Source: a virus
Direction: 5' to 3' (one strand)
Virus record (IMG/VR): IMGVR_UViG_3300024581_002496
Location: 1 to 44,634 of that record
Length of the DNA stretch: 44,634 nucleotides
Below the pieces are notes generated by a model that saw only the letters and a list, made by a program, of their open reading frames with translations, was not told the DNA's origin and ran no database searches. A program made the position numbers and the translations under genes. Shown in pieces: positions 21,389 to 30,997 of this stretch (positions are counted from its first letter, which is position 1; each line of letters starts with the position of its first letter).

Positions 21389-21999
21389 TAATAAATTCCC
21401 TTTTTTGTTTGTTGTGCCAGCTCTTTTAATAATAAGGTGGATTTTTTGCGGGTGCAAGTATCTTCTTTATTTGTATTAGCTAAAGAAAAAACATAAATTA
21501 TATTTTCTTTTTTGTTCTTAATAACTGTAAAAGATAGATTATTAATTTGTAAATTAGTATTATCATTAATATATTTTATTGTATTATACTTATTTAATTC
21601 TTGTATATCATCAAAATAAGCAACTTCTGCGTCTGGTATGCTTAATAAAAATTGATAAGTTTCTCTATCTATTGAATGATCTGTTTTATTATAAAATGGA
21701 TTTAAGTTGAAACCTTTTACACTAAATGTGCAATTTTTAGACATTTGTTTGTTGCAACCGATAACATCTTGAAACATAAATTGATCTTTTAAGTCAGAAG
21801 TTTTCATAACAAGCCAAGACACAAAATAACCCTCGCCGCAAGTTCTGGCAACTTTATTCATATTATCTTTAATTATCGATATATTTCTATGCTGTTTATA
21901 ATAATCTGTTGGTTGTGTAATAAAATAATAAGCAGCATATATAATTAATAGCTGACTCATTAATACTACAAAAGGGCATTTCAATTTATTTATCTTCAT
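21388..21999 (-). CDS. N-terminally membrane-anchored protein (hypothetical)
   Basis: MKINKLKCPFVVLMSQLLIIYAAYYFI is a TM anchor. The start is ambiguous (22062, 21999 or 21960). Confidence 0.5.
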   Translation of the reverse strand: MKINKLKCPFVVLMSQLLIIYAAYYFITQPTDYYKQHRNISIIKDNMNKVARTCGEGYFVSWLVMKTSDLKDQFMFQDVIGCNKQMSKNCTFSVKGFNLNPFYNKTDHSIDRETYQFLLSIPDAEVAYFDDIQELNKYNTIKYINDNTNLQINNLSFTVIKNKKENIIYVFSLANTNKEDTCTRKKSTLLLKELAQQTKKGIY

Positions 22000-22606
22000 A
22001 AGAATATAATAATTTTTTATTAAGTTTGTTTTCGTGCCATAAATCGCTAGGCGTGATTTCAAGGGGATTGCCTTTTTCTGCTTTTACTTCATAACCTTGA
22101 TCTTTTAAGCATAAAGCAACAAGCCAAGAGCAGAAACCACCATATTTAAACTTTTTCTTTTTAAAGTATTTTATATCTATTCCTGCGAATCCTGCCGCTA
22201 TTTTTGAATAAGCTACATTTTTATATTTTTTAGTAAATGCAGCCAGTTTATTTTTATCTAAATCGCCAATAGTTTCAATATAGCATTTGCCTTGAAAGTT
22301 TTGCAACCTAGATAATAAATCATTTTCAATCATTCCCTCATTGTCTTGAGCTTCAAATATTATTGGCAACCAGCATTTTAAAGATCTATCATAATTATAT
22401 CTTGCTATATGGCAAACATGGTCAACATCTTTCTTGCCTGTTATAAATGCAAGTGCTTTTGTTGTTATTAATAAGGGATTATGATAAAAATTAGTCCAAT
22501 TTAACTTATAATCAAAATAAATTAAATGTAACTTATCTCTATCAATTTCTTTAAAAGCTTTAATTATATTTTTTTTATTTTTTAAAAATATTTTATTATA
22601 TTTCAT
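21986..22606 (-). CDS. Permuted papain-like (YiiX/NlpC-P60 superfamily-like) peptidase, possible cell-wall hydrolase
   Basis: His precedes Cys: DVDHVCHIARY..IFEA...YGGFCSWLVALCLKDQGY resembles the yCSElv motif of permuted NlpC/P60 enzymes. Confidence 0.4.
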   Translation of the reverse strand: MKYNKIFLKNKKNIIKAFKEIDRDKLHLIYFDYKLNWTNFYHNPLLITTKALAFITGKKDVDHVCHIARYNYDRSLKCWLPIIFEAQDNEGMIENDLLSRLQNFQGKCYIETIGDLDKNKLAAFTKKYKNVAYSKIAAGFAGIDIKYFKKKKFKYGGFCSWLVALCLKDQGYEVKAEKGNPLEITPSDLWHENKLNKKLLYSYEDK

Positions 22607-23262
22607 TAATTAACATTATCAAAATTAATATCAATAGCATTTACCTCTTCAATAGTATTACAAGCATTAATTTCAATTTCAAGAGTATTCGCCCAAATAA
22701 TGCTTTTTTGTGTTCTTTCTCTTACATGAAAGCCTATATTGTCAGAAAGTACGGCATCTAAATTAATATAGCCTTTTCTTATTTCGCCCTCTACACTACT
22801 ATCAACTATATCACAAGAATATATTACATCATTTTCTTTTGCCGCTCTTAATACAACCTCAGGATTTGTTGAGGTTGAGTCAGTTAATTTGACGCTAAAA
22901 TGAAAGTAAAATAATTCGCCTTGATCCCATATTCCAGTTTCCGGATTATAAGTCAATTCATTGCCTTGAGATGAAGTATAATCTTTATTTATATTATCAT
23001 CACGGTTAATTTTCATTTGTGCAATTTTAGAGTCTTTGGCTTCTTGTAATTGCACTTCTGGAGCTGGTATAAATTCTTTATATACATCATCAACAACACA
23101 CATTGTCACGCCGATTACTTGCTCATCTACTTCTATTTCAATATAAGGCTGTCCGTCTATTGTTTTATTTACTATATCAATATTATTATTAGGATAATTA
23201 ATATTGTCAGGAAAATATCCCTCTACTAAAGTTGTTTCTGAATTATATTTTACTTTTATCAT
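22606..23262 (-). CDS. Hypothetical protein, possible tail-fibre assembly or accessory protein
   Basis: Position immediately downstream of the fibre genes, with an ATGA-type overlap. No firm motif. Confidence 0.35.
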   Translation of the reverse strand: MIKVKYNSETTLVEGYFPDNINYPNNNIDIVNKTIDGQPYIEIEVDEQVIGVTMCVVDDVYKEFIPAPEVQLQEAKDSKIAQMKINRDDNINKDYTSSQGNELTYNPETGIWDQGELFYFHFSVKLTDSTSTNPEVVLRAAKENDVIYSCDIVDSSVEGEIRKGYINLDAVLSDNIGFHVRERTQKSIIWANTLEIEINACNTIEEVNAIDINFDNVN

Positions 23263-23279
23263 ATTTATTTAAAATTAAA

Positions 23280-24323
23280 TTAATATCCTATTGAATACCA
23301 AGTAACAAAAGGATTACCTCCGTCATAGTTGTGCATCAGTCTAATTTGGCTTGTACTGAGCTCATCAGCTCCAACAACCCCATCAGTAAGTGATGTAAAG
23401 GTTGTAGTTCCTTGGCTTGCATAAGCTCTTAAGTGTATATTCGGATAAGTTATTGGTAAATTAACATCTAAATTTGCTGATCCTGTAATTACATTAGATC
23501 CCCACTGCATAATCAACCCATTAGGCAAATAAGTATAGCCGTTGGTTGTTTTGGAGCTTGCAAAATCACTTTGAACACTCCTACTCACTTCTTCCCAGAG
23601 ATCATTTGATTGTTTATATTGTAATACGATCCTATCATTTTCAAAATTTAATAATGTATCTTGACCAAGAGGCTTTAAAATAATATTACCTGTTCCGTGC
23701 TTTATTGTAATATCTCTTGCATTATTAGTCGATCTTAAAATTAATATATCCCCATCACTACCCCCATTAATAGTTTCTAAATCATCAGTAGCCGCACCGC
23801 CTTCTGTGTCAATTACCATATACGCCCCTGTATAAGTAATTTCACCGCCTGAAATTGTGGCTGCGTTTGGCTGTGTATTTAGTTTATTGTTAATAGTTAC
23901 ATTATCAAAAATGCTATTATCTGGATCGTAGTATATTTCCCAATTAGCAATATCAGTTAAAGCATTACCAATATTATTATCTGTTATTGATTTATATAAT
24001 TTAGTGCCGCCAACTTCTCTTTGAATATCGCCTATATAATATTCTGCGTCTGCTGAATATTCTGGTATACCTTTATTCAATAAATATTGTAATTGCTCCG
24101 TTTCTATTTTGTGCAGGCCGTTAAATTCTTCTAAAGATGGTAACTCTTCGCCAGATATAACGGCATCGCTCCAGCCTTCTTGATAAGCTGGTAAGGCTTG
24201 TAAAGTTGCTATGTTTGGATTTTCAACCCTTGTTCCAGCTTGTAAGCTTCCGAATTGGCCATTATTAGTCGCATTCTCTGAAAATATTTTTTGATGTATT
24301 CTTGTTAAATTAGGATTTGCCAT
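23280..24323 (-). CDS. Tail fibre protein 2 (shared N-terminal anchor, distinct C-terminal domain)
   Basis: The N-terminal ~130 aa are paralogous to 24337..25485, including the identical KSITDNN.GNALTDIANWE block. Confidence 0.7.
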   Translation of the reverse strand: MANPNLTRIHQKIFSENATNNGQFGSLQAGTRVENPNIATLQALPAYQEGWSDAVISGEELPSLEEFNGLHKIETEQLQYLLNKGIPEYSADAEYYIGDIQREVGGTKLYKSITDNNIGNALTDIANWEIYYDPDNSIFDNVTINNKLNTQPNAATISGGEITYTGAYMVIDTEGGAATDDLETINGGSDGDILILRSTNNARDITIKHGTGNIILKPLGQDTLLNFENDRIVLQYKQSNDLWEEVSRSVQSDFASSKTTNGYTYLPNGLIMQWGSNVITGSANLDVNLPITYPNIHLRAYASQGTTTFTSLTDGVVGADELSTSQIRLMHNYDGGNPFVTWYSIGY

Positions 24324-24336
24324 AATTTTATATAAT

Positions 24337-25485
24337 TTATATTGTTTGTATTAATACAGATAATGAAGTAAGCGTTATTGCTTGACCACCAGCAGGCACC
24401 GCAAGATCAATATACATTCCGTCTAAAACATAAGGATCTGTTTCAGTATTTACAAAGGTTTGAAATAATACGCCCCTATTTACTCCTGTTAAACTGTCAA
24501 GCTCTACTCTAGGTAAAACCCTAGTATCAATAATTGAGTTATCAACAACCCTTCTTATTCTAAAATTATATTCTTCTGTCGCTCCTGAAGCTCCTGCATA
24601 ATCAGCGGTTGTATTTACTCTAATAACATAACCTTTATAAGTTTTGTTAAAAGTATTTAGATTGGAAGGAAAAACAAATTTATCATTTACCGCATCTAAA
24701 AAGTTTGTAATAGTAACGTTTGAAGTATCTTTTAAATCAAAATAAGTTTCTTTTCTTAATGATTCATTAACCGTTCCAAATAAACTTAGAAGATTTAAAT
24801 CATTACCTGCTGCAATTGTTGTGTTTATTCCAGATACAGAGCATAAAGTTGCAAAGCTTTGTAATTGTTTAGCTTCATTAATTTTTAAAGGTGATGTATA
24901 TTTATTATCTATTGTTCCTGCATCTGTTTCTGCTTGACTAGCTACCGAGCTTGTATAAACCGAATTAGCTAATTTAGTTGGTGTTAATATTTTTGTATCA
25001 TCAAGGCCTGCATCTGTTTCTGCTTGTGTTGCTATTTCTGCAATACCTGCGTCTGTTTCTGTTGCTTGTATTGGAGTTTTTAAATCGCCTAAAAACTCCC
25101 AGTTGGCAATATCAGTTAAAGCATTGCCCGTGTTATTGTCTGTAATTGATTTATAAATATTTGTTGTGCCGTCTTCTTTTACTAAGCTGTTTTGGTGATA
25201 TTCTGTTTCAATATCCCATACTGCAATGCCTTCTTGAAATAAATATGAAAGCTGCCTTGTATTTACAAAATTAATGCCGTTAAATTCTTCTTGCGTTGGC
25301 CTTCTTGTTCCTCCGATTGAAGCACTTGCCCAGCCTGCTTCATAAGCTGCTAAAGATTGAACGGTTGCAGGGTCACTGGTTAAAGTTCCGCTTGCTGGTG
25401 AATTTGCTTGCGCTGAGCCAAAAACCCCGATTGCTCCGCCATTTACTCCAAATAATTTTTGATATACTCTTGTTAGTTTTGCCAT
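24337..25485 (-). CDS. Tail fibre protein 1 with fibre repeats
   Basis: Three A(T/S)..E(T)DAG....K..TP repeats (ATETDAGIAE, AETDAGLDDTKILTP, AETDAGTIDNKYTSP). It follows the baseplate genes. Confidence 0.75.
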   Translation of the reverse strand: MAKLTRVYQKLFGVNGGAIGVFGSAQANSPASGTLTSDPATVQSLAAYEAGWASASIGGTRRPTQEEFNGINFVNTRQLSYLFQEGIAVWDIETEYHQNSLVKEDGTTNIYKSITDNNTGNALTDIANWEFLGDLKTPIQATETDAGIAEIATQAETDAGLDDTKILTPTKLANSVYTSSVASQAETDAGTIDNKYTSPLKINEAKQLQSFATLCSVSGINTTIAAGNDLNLLSLFGTVNESLRKETYFDLKDTSNVTITNFLDAVNDKFVFPSNLNTFNKTYKGYVIRVNTTADYAGASGATEEYNFRIRRVVDNSIIDTRVLPRVELDSLTGVNRGVLFQTFVNTETDPYVLDGMYIDLAVPAGGQAITLTSLSVLIQTI

Positions 25486-25489
25486 AATA

Positions 25490-26239
25490 TTATAAATTAA
25501 TTACTTTTTCATAAGTTAAAGTTTCGCCTTCTTTTGTGAAGCCGTCTGTATAATTAGTAAAGCCAGTCGTTAAATTTGACTGAGTCGTTCTTTTGTAGTT
25601 AGTAAAGCCAAAAAACTTTTTATTTCTTTCAATAATACCCTCTAATTTTACTCCCATTGGTCGTGGTAAAATGTTTTTTGTTGCTGCTATAACTGCTATA
25701 TTTCTATTGGCACCGCTAACAAAATAAGATATTTTCATATTTTGAGTATCGCTCATAATAACATCTTGCGCAAAGAAAGTATAAAGGCCGTTATCAATAG
25801 AGCCATTACTGTGATCTGAATTATTCTGGACGATCTTTAATTTTAATATTGTTCTATAATCATCATCAGTTAAAGACTGTGCGCTTGATCCATTAGTGTA
25901 ATTTAAAAAGCCGCCGCTATCAGAATCAAAATTAGCATAATCAGTAAAGCCGCTAGCTGTGTCCGTGCTTACTGTTGCATAAGTGGACATACTAAAAAAA
26001 TTGCCGCCCGTGATATCAGTATAAAACCTATTAGCACCGATATATTTACCTAATACATCAAGCTGTTTACCGATTGCAGTTTCTAAATCATAACCATCTA
26101 ATACTTGACTTGCTATATTATTACTTAATGTGGTTCTAACAAGTAAATCAATAGTAGCTTTTGCCTTCTCTTTATTCTTATATTGAATAATTAGTAAGTT
26201 TTTATAATATTCTATTGTATTTTCTAGATCTATTGCCAT
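25490..26239 (-). CDS. Baseplate/tail protein (Mu gp48 / gpI position, DUF2612-like)
   Basis: YYKNLLIIQYKNKEKAKATIDLL..LETAIGKQLDVLGKYIGANR. It lies downstream of the J-like gene. Confidence 0.55.
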   Translation of the reverse strand: MAIDLENTIEYYKNLLIIQYKNKEKAKATIDLLVRTTLSNNIASQVLDGYDLETAIGKQLDVLGKYIGANRFYTDITGGNFFSMSTYATVSTDTASGFTDYANFDSDSGGFLNYTNGSSAQSLTDDDYRTILKLKIVQNNSDHSNGSIDNGLYTFFAQDVIMSDTQNMKISYFVSGANRNIAVIAATKNILPRPMGVKLEGIIERNKKFFGFTNYKRTTQSNLTTGFTNYTDGFTKEGETLTYEKVINL

Positions 26240-27435
26240 TATAATATACTTATTGTTATTCTTGCATTATCAACGATCCACTTTTCTTCTAAGCTTGCCA
26301 CCTCTAAAAAGTCAACCCAAGATATACCATCGTCTGATATTTCAACATTTAAAGGCACACCCCCGCCCGAGCTGTCATTAATTCCATTTAAAGCAACTTG
26401 TGTAATGCTTGAGGTTTCTGCGGCCTCGCCTATTGTAAAAGTTAGATTATCAGTTATATATTGTTTAATTGCGTCTTCATCAAAAGCTTGCCCTGATATT
26501 GTTCTTTTTATATCAAATCTAATATAAAGCTCTTGAGATAAAGGCCTATCAAAAGCCGCTTGAAATATACTGCCGTTTATAGTTGTTATGTCTACTGTAA
26601 CCGCTCCTTTCATTCCAGCCCCTGCGTTTTTAGTGGTATATATAACATTAGCTATATCAGTATTAGCTCCACCCTCGCAAATAGCCCAAATTGAATGCGC
26701 TGGTATTCCGTTACTATCTGTAACATCTGTAAAGTTTTCGTAAACTCTAACATCAGTCACGCCCGCAACATCACTTAAAAGACCAGTTAGGCCATCAATA
26801 AAGCCCTTTGATCTATTGGCGCTTGACCTTGTCGCTCTTAATCGTAAGGTTGAGTCTTGCTCGCCATCAAGTCCAATTTCTAAGGCTCCTGTTGGATTGT
26901 TAATATTTGTAATACCTAAAATAATAGTTATTGGATTTGTTATTGTGTTTGGCGTTGTTGTTATTGAACCTAAATCTTTTGCCCTGAAAGTTAGATTATA
27001 AGTTCCAGCGCTAGGAGCGTTAAAAGTATCAAGTAATATAAATTCAATTCCTGCGTCGCTTGCTACTGTATATCCTGTCCCGTCTGGATCAGTTGCGGCT
27101 GCGTCAAGTCCTTCTAGTGTTAAAGCTCTATCTGTTGTGATTTCTATTTGTTGCTGTGTAAATGTTGCGCCTTGCCTTGTGATACCAAGCAAGCTAACTC
27201 TTTGATCTAATACAATTCCTATCGCCTGTTCTAAATCAAAGCCTGAATTTATTTGTTTTAATACTTCTAATAGATCAAATATATTTTGTGCTGATATGTT
27301 TATTTGTTGGCCGTCTGGCGTATTGCTTGCAACATTAATATCATTGCCGTAAATTTCTTTATAGCCATCTTCTAAGGTTGTTATAATTTCTTGTAAGCTA
27401 TCTATTGTTAAGCCGTTTGCGTCTAATATACTCAT
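26239..27435 (-). CDS. Baseplate J-like protein (Mu gp47 / P2 gpJ position)
   Basis: Size and order W-J-I, with ATGA overlaps on both sides. Confidence 0.65.
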   Translation of the reverse strand: MSILDANGLTIDSLQEIITTLEDGYKEIYGNDINVASNTPDGQQINISAQNIFDLLEVLKQINSGFDLEQAIGIVLDQRVSLLGITRQGATFTQQQIEITTDRALTLEGLDAAATDPDGTGYTVASDAGIEFILLDTFNAPSAGTYNLTFRAKDLGSITTTPNTITNPITIILGITNINNPTGALEIGLDGEQDSTLRLRATRSSANRSKGFIDGLTGLLSDVAGVTDVRVYENFTDVTDSNGIPAHSIWAICEGGANTDIANVIYTTKNAGAGMKGAVTVDITTINGSIFQAAFDRPLSQELYIRFDIKRTISGQAFDEDAIKQYITDNLTFTIGEAAETSSITQVALNGINDSSGGGVPLNVEISDDGISWVDFLEVASLEEKWIVDNARITISIL

Positions 27436-27785
27436 ACTGTTATATTATTTGTTATTGTTTCGTTAGAATATATAGTAGTAATACTATAAGTTAAATTTAA
27501 GTTTCTGCTTGTGCTTTTATAATCTAGGCTTAAATCTGTTACGCCTGTTATTCCTTCTGTTTGTAAGATTAAAACTTTTATATCTTCTTGTAATTCTCTT
27601 CTGCTGTTTGATCCTATTCTATTATACCAATCAATGCCACCTTCTACATTAAAAAAGCAATCCCCTACCCATTCTTTTAGTCTAGTTTCTAAATCTTGAG
27701 TTAATGCTAATAAGTTTCTTCTATATGAACCAATACCATTACCGAAAGTCCAGTCGCCGTCTTGATCTATTGTTCTAATAATCAT
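27432..27785 (-). CDS. Baseplate wedge protein (gpW / T4 gp25-like)
   Basis: 117 aa, with ALTQDLETRLKEWVGDCFFNVEGGIDW, between the spike and J-like genes. Confidence 0.6.
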   Translation of the reverse strand: MIIRTIDQDGDWTFGNGIGSYRRNLLALTQDLETRLKEWVGDCFFNVEGGIDWYNRIGSNSRRELQEDIKVLILQTEGITGVTDLSLDYKSTSRNLNLTYSITTIYSNETITNNITV

Positions 27786-28486
27786 TATTTTAAAAGCCCC
27801 CCAATTCGTGAAGTTAAAGCAGATAAAGCCGAAGCCGTGCCGCCGTCTATTGGTAAGTTTCCTGAAATTGGGTCAACAGTTTTTAGATTGGTTATAATAT
27901 TGACAAGTTCTTCTAATATTGATTTTAAGTCATCTGCTGCGTTCTTTAATTCTAATTTATCATCTATGATGATAATTCCGCCGTTTTCATTAGTCAAGCT
28001 AATTTTTGCATTATCAATAGAAATTTTATTATTTAGATAATTAAGCTCTGTTGCTAGATTATTATAATCAGATATTTTATTTATATCGCTTCTAATTCCA
28101 GGTATTATAACACCATCTGAAAAGTCGTGCGTTCTGTCTGTGTTAGGCCTTTGCACTAATCCACTTTCAAGCCAGTTGTCTAGGTCTCTATCGTTAAAGC
28201 ATATTAGGCAAGGGTCGCCATTATTGATAGGAGTTGTTAAACCACCATTAATATTTTTAGGTATCATAACTGGGCAATTCTCAAGTAGTGGCATATCAAT
28301 TAATTCTTCACTTGATATTCCTGTTAATTTTACGCTTTTGTCAACTAATTTTACATTTGCAAGCTGTCTTGCTGAGTCAAAAGATTGTATTACTCCGACT
28401 CTGTGACAATTAAGATTAAAATTTACATTCTTAATTGTGTTTAAAAATAAATCTGCTTGATCTAATTTTGCTAATTGTACCGTCAT
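27785..28486 (-). CDS. Baseplate spike / assembly protein V-like (Mu gp45 position)
   Basis: HRVGVIQSFD...CPVMIP..GDPCLICFNDRDLDNW resembles an OB-fold gpV pattern. Confidence 0.6.
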   Translation of the reverse strand: MTVQLAKLDQADLFLNTIKNVNFNLNCHRVGVIQSFDSARQLANVKLVDKSVKLTGISSEELIDMPLLENCPVMIPKNINGGLTTPINNGDPCLICFNDRDLDNWLESGLVQRPNTDRTHDFSDGVIIPGIRSDINKISDYNNLATELNYLNNKISIDNAKISLTNENGGIIIIDDKLELKNAADDLKSILEELVNIITNLKTVDPISGNLPIDGGTASALSALTSRIGGLLK

Positions 28487-28487
28487 A

Positions 28488-29384
28488 TTATATTCCTTTT
28501 AATTCTCCATTTACTTTATCGCCAATATATAATTGAAGATTTGTTGTTAAGTCGCCGCCTACTGCTCCAGATATTGTGCCTTGATGTTTAAGGCCTATAA
28601 CTTTATATTGTCCGTCCCATATAGGATTAATACTAGATTTTACCTCTATTAATTGCTGTATCTGTATTCTAGGCTCAAACATTAAAGTAATATCAAGAAT
28701 GTTGCCTTGCCTTCGTGGCGTTCCTATTAGGCCGCTTTTTGTTGTGATTAAAGGAACAAAGGGCGTTTTAATATATTCATCAAGATTCATTAGGTTTATT
28801 TTGCCTAAATCAATAAATACTTTTTCGCTAAAATATCTATTTGTTAATAAATAAAAAGCATTGCCATTTAAGGTAGCGCTAGTTTTTATTTTGCCTTTTA
28901 TATCCCCAACCTTGCCAAGCGTTACATCGTCAATTCCTGATACTACTTGTTTAAATAAATCTACTAGACTTAAGCCGCCTGCAAAAGTTTTAGCAATATT
29001 TGAATTATAAACACCAATCCCGCCATCTTGCGCGCTAATATAAGTTATTACATTATTTCCTTCTCTGTATGAATCCGCTTCTAATATATAGCCTTGAAAT
29101 ATTACTGACATTTCACTATCTTTATTTAAGGCCGTTTCATATCCTGCTTGTAATATAATATATTTTCTATCTGTTATATTGTTTAAATTAGTTCTTGATT
29201 TAAAAATTAAATTCCTATTTTTTAAAGATAGATTATAAACTTTAATAACTGCTGAATTTAAGCTTGAGGCTGCGCTTCTTTGTATATCAAATTCTATTGT
29301 TAAGGGACTTCTAACAATTAAAGCCTCTTCATCGTTTACTTGATATGTTAACTTAAATCTTCTATTAAATTTTTGTATAGTCAT
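28488..29384 (-). CDS. Baseplate hub protein (Mu gp44 / P2 gpD-like)
   Basis: Size, order and the C-terminal YKVIGLKHQGTISGAVGGDLTTNLQL. Confidence 0.55.
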   Translation of the reverse strand: MTIQKFNRRFKLTYQVNDEEALIVRSPLTIEFDIQRSAASSLNSAVIKVYNLSLKNRNLIFKSRTNLNNITDRKYIILQAGYETALNKDSEMSVIFQGYILEADSYREGNNVITYISAQDGGIGVYNSNIAKTFAGGLSLVDLFKQVVSGIDDVTLGKVGDIKGKIKTSATLNGNAFYLLTNRYFSEKVFIDLGKINLMNLDEYIKTPFVPLITTKSGLIGTPRRQGNILDITLMFEPRIQIQQLIEVKSSINPIWDGQYKVIGLKHQGTISGAVGGDLTTNLQLYIGDKVNGELKGI

Positions 29385-29728
29385 TAATTATTATAAAATT
29401 CTTGTTCTATGTCTGCAACATCGCTTTCATTAAGTAAAAACATTGACACTCTACCCGTTGAAAAATCATCAACAAATATTGGCTCGCTTCCATCGTTAGT
29501 AATAGCACTTAGTCCAAAGGGTAATTGATTTTTAAAGTTTCTTAACATATTGGCGCTAGTAACCACCCTTGCATTATTAATAATTACTAAATCATCATAA
29601 TTCAAAGAATAGAACCACCCTTGATTTACATCGCTATACTGCAATTTTAACTCAAAAGTTTCGTTAGTTTCCGTAACTACTGTAAATTTTTGATTTGGAT
29701 AATCTGTAATTTCTGTAATTTGTTTCAT
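29384..29728 (-). CDS. Hypothetical tail/baseplate-associated protein
   Basis: Position only. Confidence 0.5.
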   Translation of the reverse strand: MKQITEITDYPNQKFTVVTETNETFELKLQYSDVNQGWFYSLNYDDLVIINNARVVTSANMLRNFKNQLPFGLSAITNDGSEPIFVDDFSTGRVSMFLLNESDVADIEQEFYNN

Positions 29729-29745
29729 ATTATTTTATAACTTTA

Positions 29746-30567
29746 TTAAAAAAAATCACGAATAGAGCCTATTCCTTTGTTAATTTTATCTTTAATTATA
29801 GATATTGAATTCTTCTCTCCGTTCGCCTGCCCCTGATCTCTTTCTTCTGCTTTCTGATTTTCCGCCCTGCCTTGCGATTTATTTTTTTTAGGATCGAAAG
29901 AAGCGAATTCAGTTGATACCTTCCTAAACTCTTTTAAGGTAACTGTAAAATCCATTATATATTTATTATTATCTTGAACCGCTATAATGTTTTCTATTGC
30001 TAAATCTGGTATAAAGCCAAAAGGCGTGTCAACGGATACTAATTGCTTGCCATCTCTTAAGGCTACAAAAAAGTTGTAGGCCTTTGCCTGCTCTGTATCT
30101 GGTGGATTTAATTGTTTATATGCTTGAAATAAATTAATACCAGCCTCTACTGACTCGTCTACTGTTTGCGCTGTTGACTCTTTTTCGCCTGTTAATAGAT
30201 TATTTATTTGTCTTGCACTATTTGTAACAATAGGCAAGTAGCTATTTAAAGTCGTTAGTTTTTGGCCTATCTCTTGAAATTTGTTTTTTTCTGCTTCTGG
30301 CTCTGTTTTTAATTCCCCAACAAATCCTTTTAAAGTATACATTTTAGCAGGCAATGCGATATGGTCTTGCCTTGTTGAGTTATCCTCTACAAAATGATCC
30401 GTAATATCTGATCTAATTTCTGCCTTGTGTTGCGTGAATATATCAAATTCAAACCCTGCAATCCCCAATCTTGCAACTGGTGATACTACATATTTACTAA
30501 CTAAATTGTTTAAATTCTCTGTATTTTGTATTAATTTTTCTTGTGCTGATACATTTTCCCTTGTCAT
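29746..30567 (-). CDS. DNA-circulation-like tail protein (Mu gp43 position)
   Basis: GIAGFEFDIFTQHKAEIRSDITDHFVEDNSTRQDHIALPAKMYTLKGFVGE resembles the DNA_circ_N pattern. Confidence 0.55.
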   Translation of the reverse strand: MTRENVSAQEKLIQNTENLNNLVSKYVVSPVARLGIAGFEFDIFTQHKAEIRSDITDHFVEDNSTRQDHIALPAKMYTLKGFVGELKTEPEAEKNKFQEIGQKLTTLNSYLPIVTNSARQINNLLTGEKESTAQTVDESVEAGINLFQAYKQLNPPDTEQAKAYNFFVALRDGKQLVSVDTPFGFIPDLAIENIIAVQDNNKYIMDFTVTLKEFRKVSTEFASFDPKKNKSQGRAENQKAEERDQGQANGEKNSISIIKDKINKGIGSIRDFF

Positions 30568-30664
30568 AATTTGTAACTTTTTTTTACTTTTTATTTATTT
30601 TTACTTGATTTTTAATTTTTTTTAATTATTAATTAATTTTTATTAACTTTAAATTTCAAATAAA

Positions 30665-30997
30665 ATGAAAAACATTTTTTATATTATAACTATCTTTTTT
30701 ATCTCTTCTAACCTTTCTTTTGCTAATCCTCCTGACTCTGTAGAATTAGGAATTAAATTAGCAAAAATTATAGCTCCTGAAAAAAATATAAATAATAAGC
30801 GTTATGCTGCATTACTTAATGCTAAAACTAGTTGCCAAGATGTAACTAATCATTTTAAAGCCCCAAAGCCCTACATGATAAGATTTTGTAACGCTGCTAA
30901 TAAAAATATTAGTATTATTACAATTCAAAATACTAAAACTAATAAATCTGAAACTTACTCATTCACTTCATTAGATCTAGTAAATTTTGATCTTTAA
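30665..30997 (+). CDS. Secreted small protein on the opposite strand (moron-like insert in the tail operon)
   Basis: Signal peptide MKNIFYIITIFFISSNLSFA|NPPD and two Cys in the mature part. It ends 1 nt before the TMP stop codon. Confidence 0.6.
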   Translation: MKNIFYIITIFFISSNLSFANPPDSVELGIKLAKIIAPEKNINNKRYAALLNAKTSCQDVTNHFKAPKPYMIRFCNAANKNISIITIQNTKTNKSETYSFTSLDLVNFDL

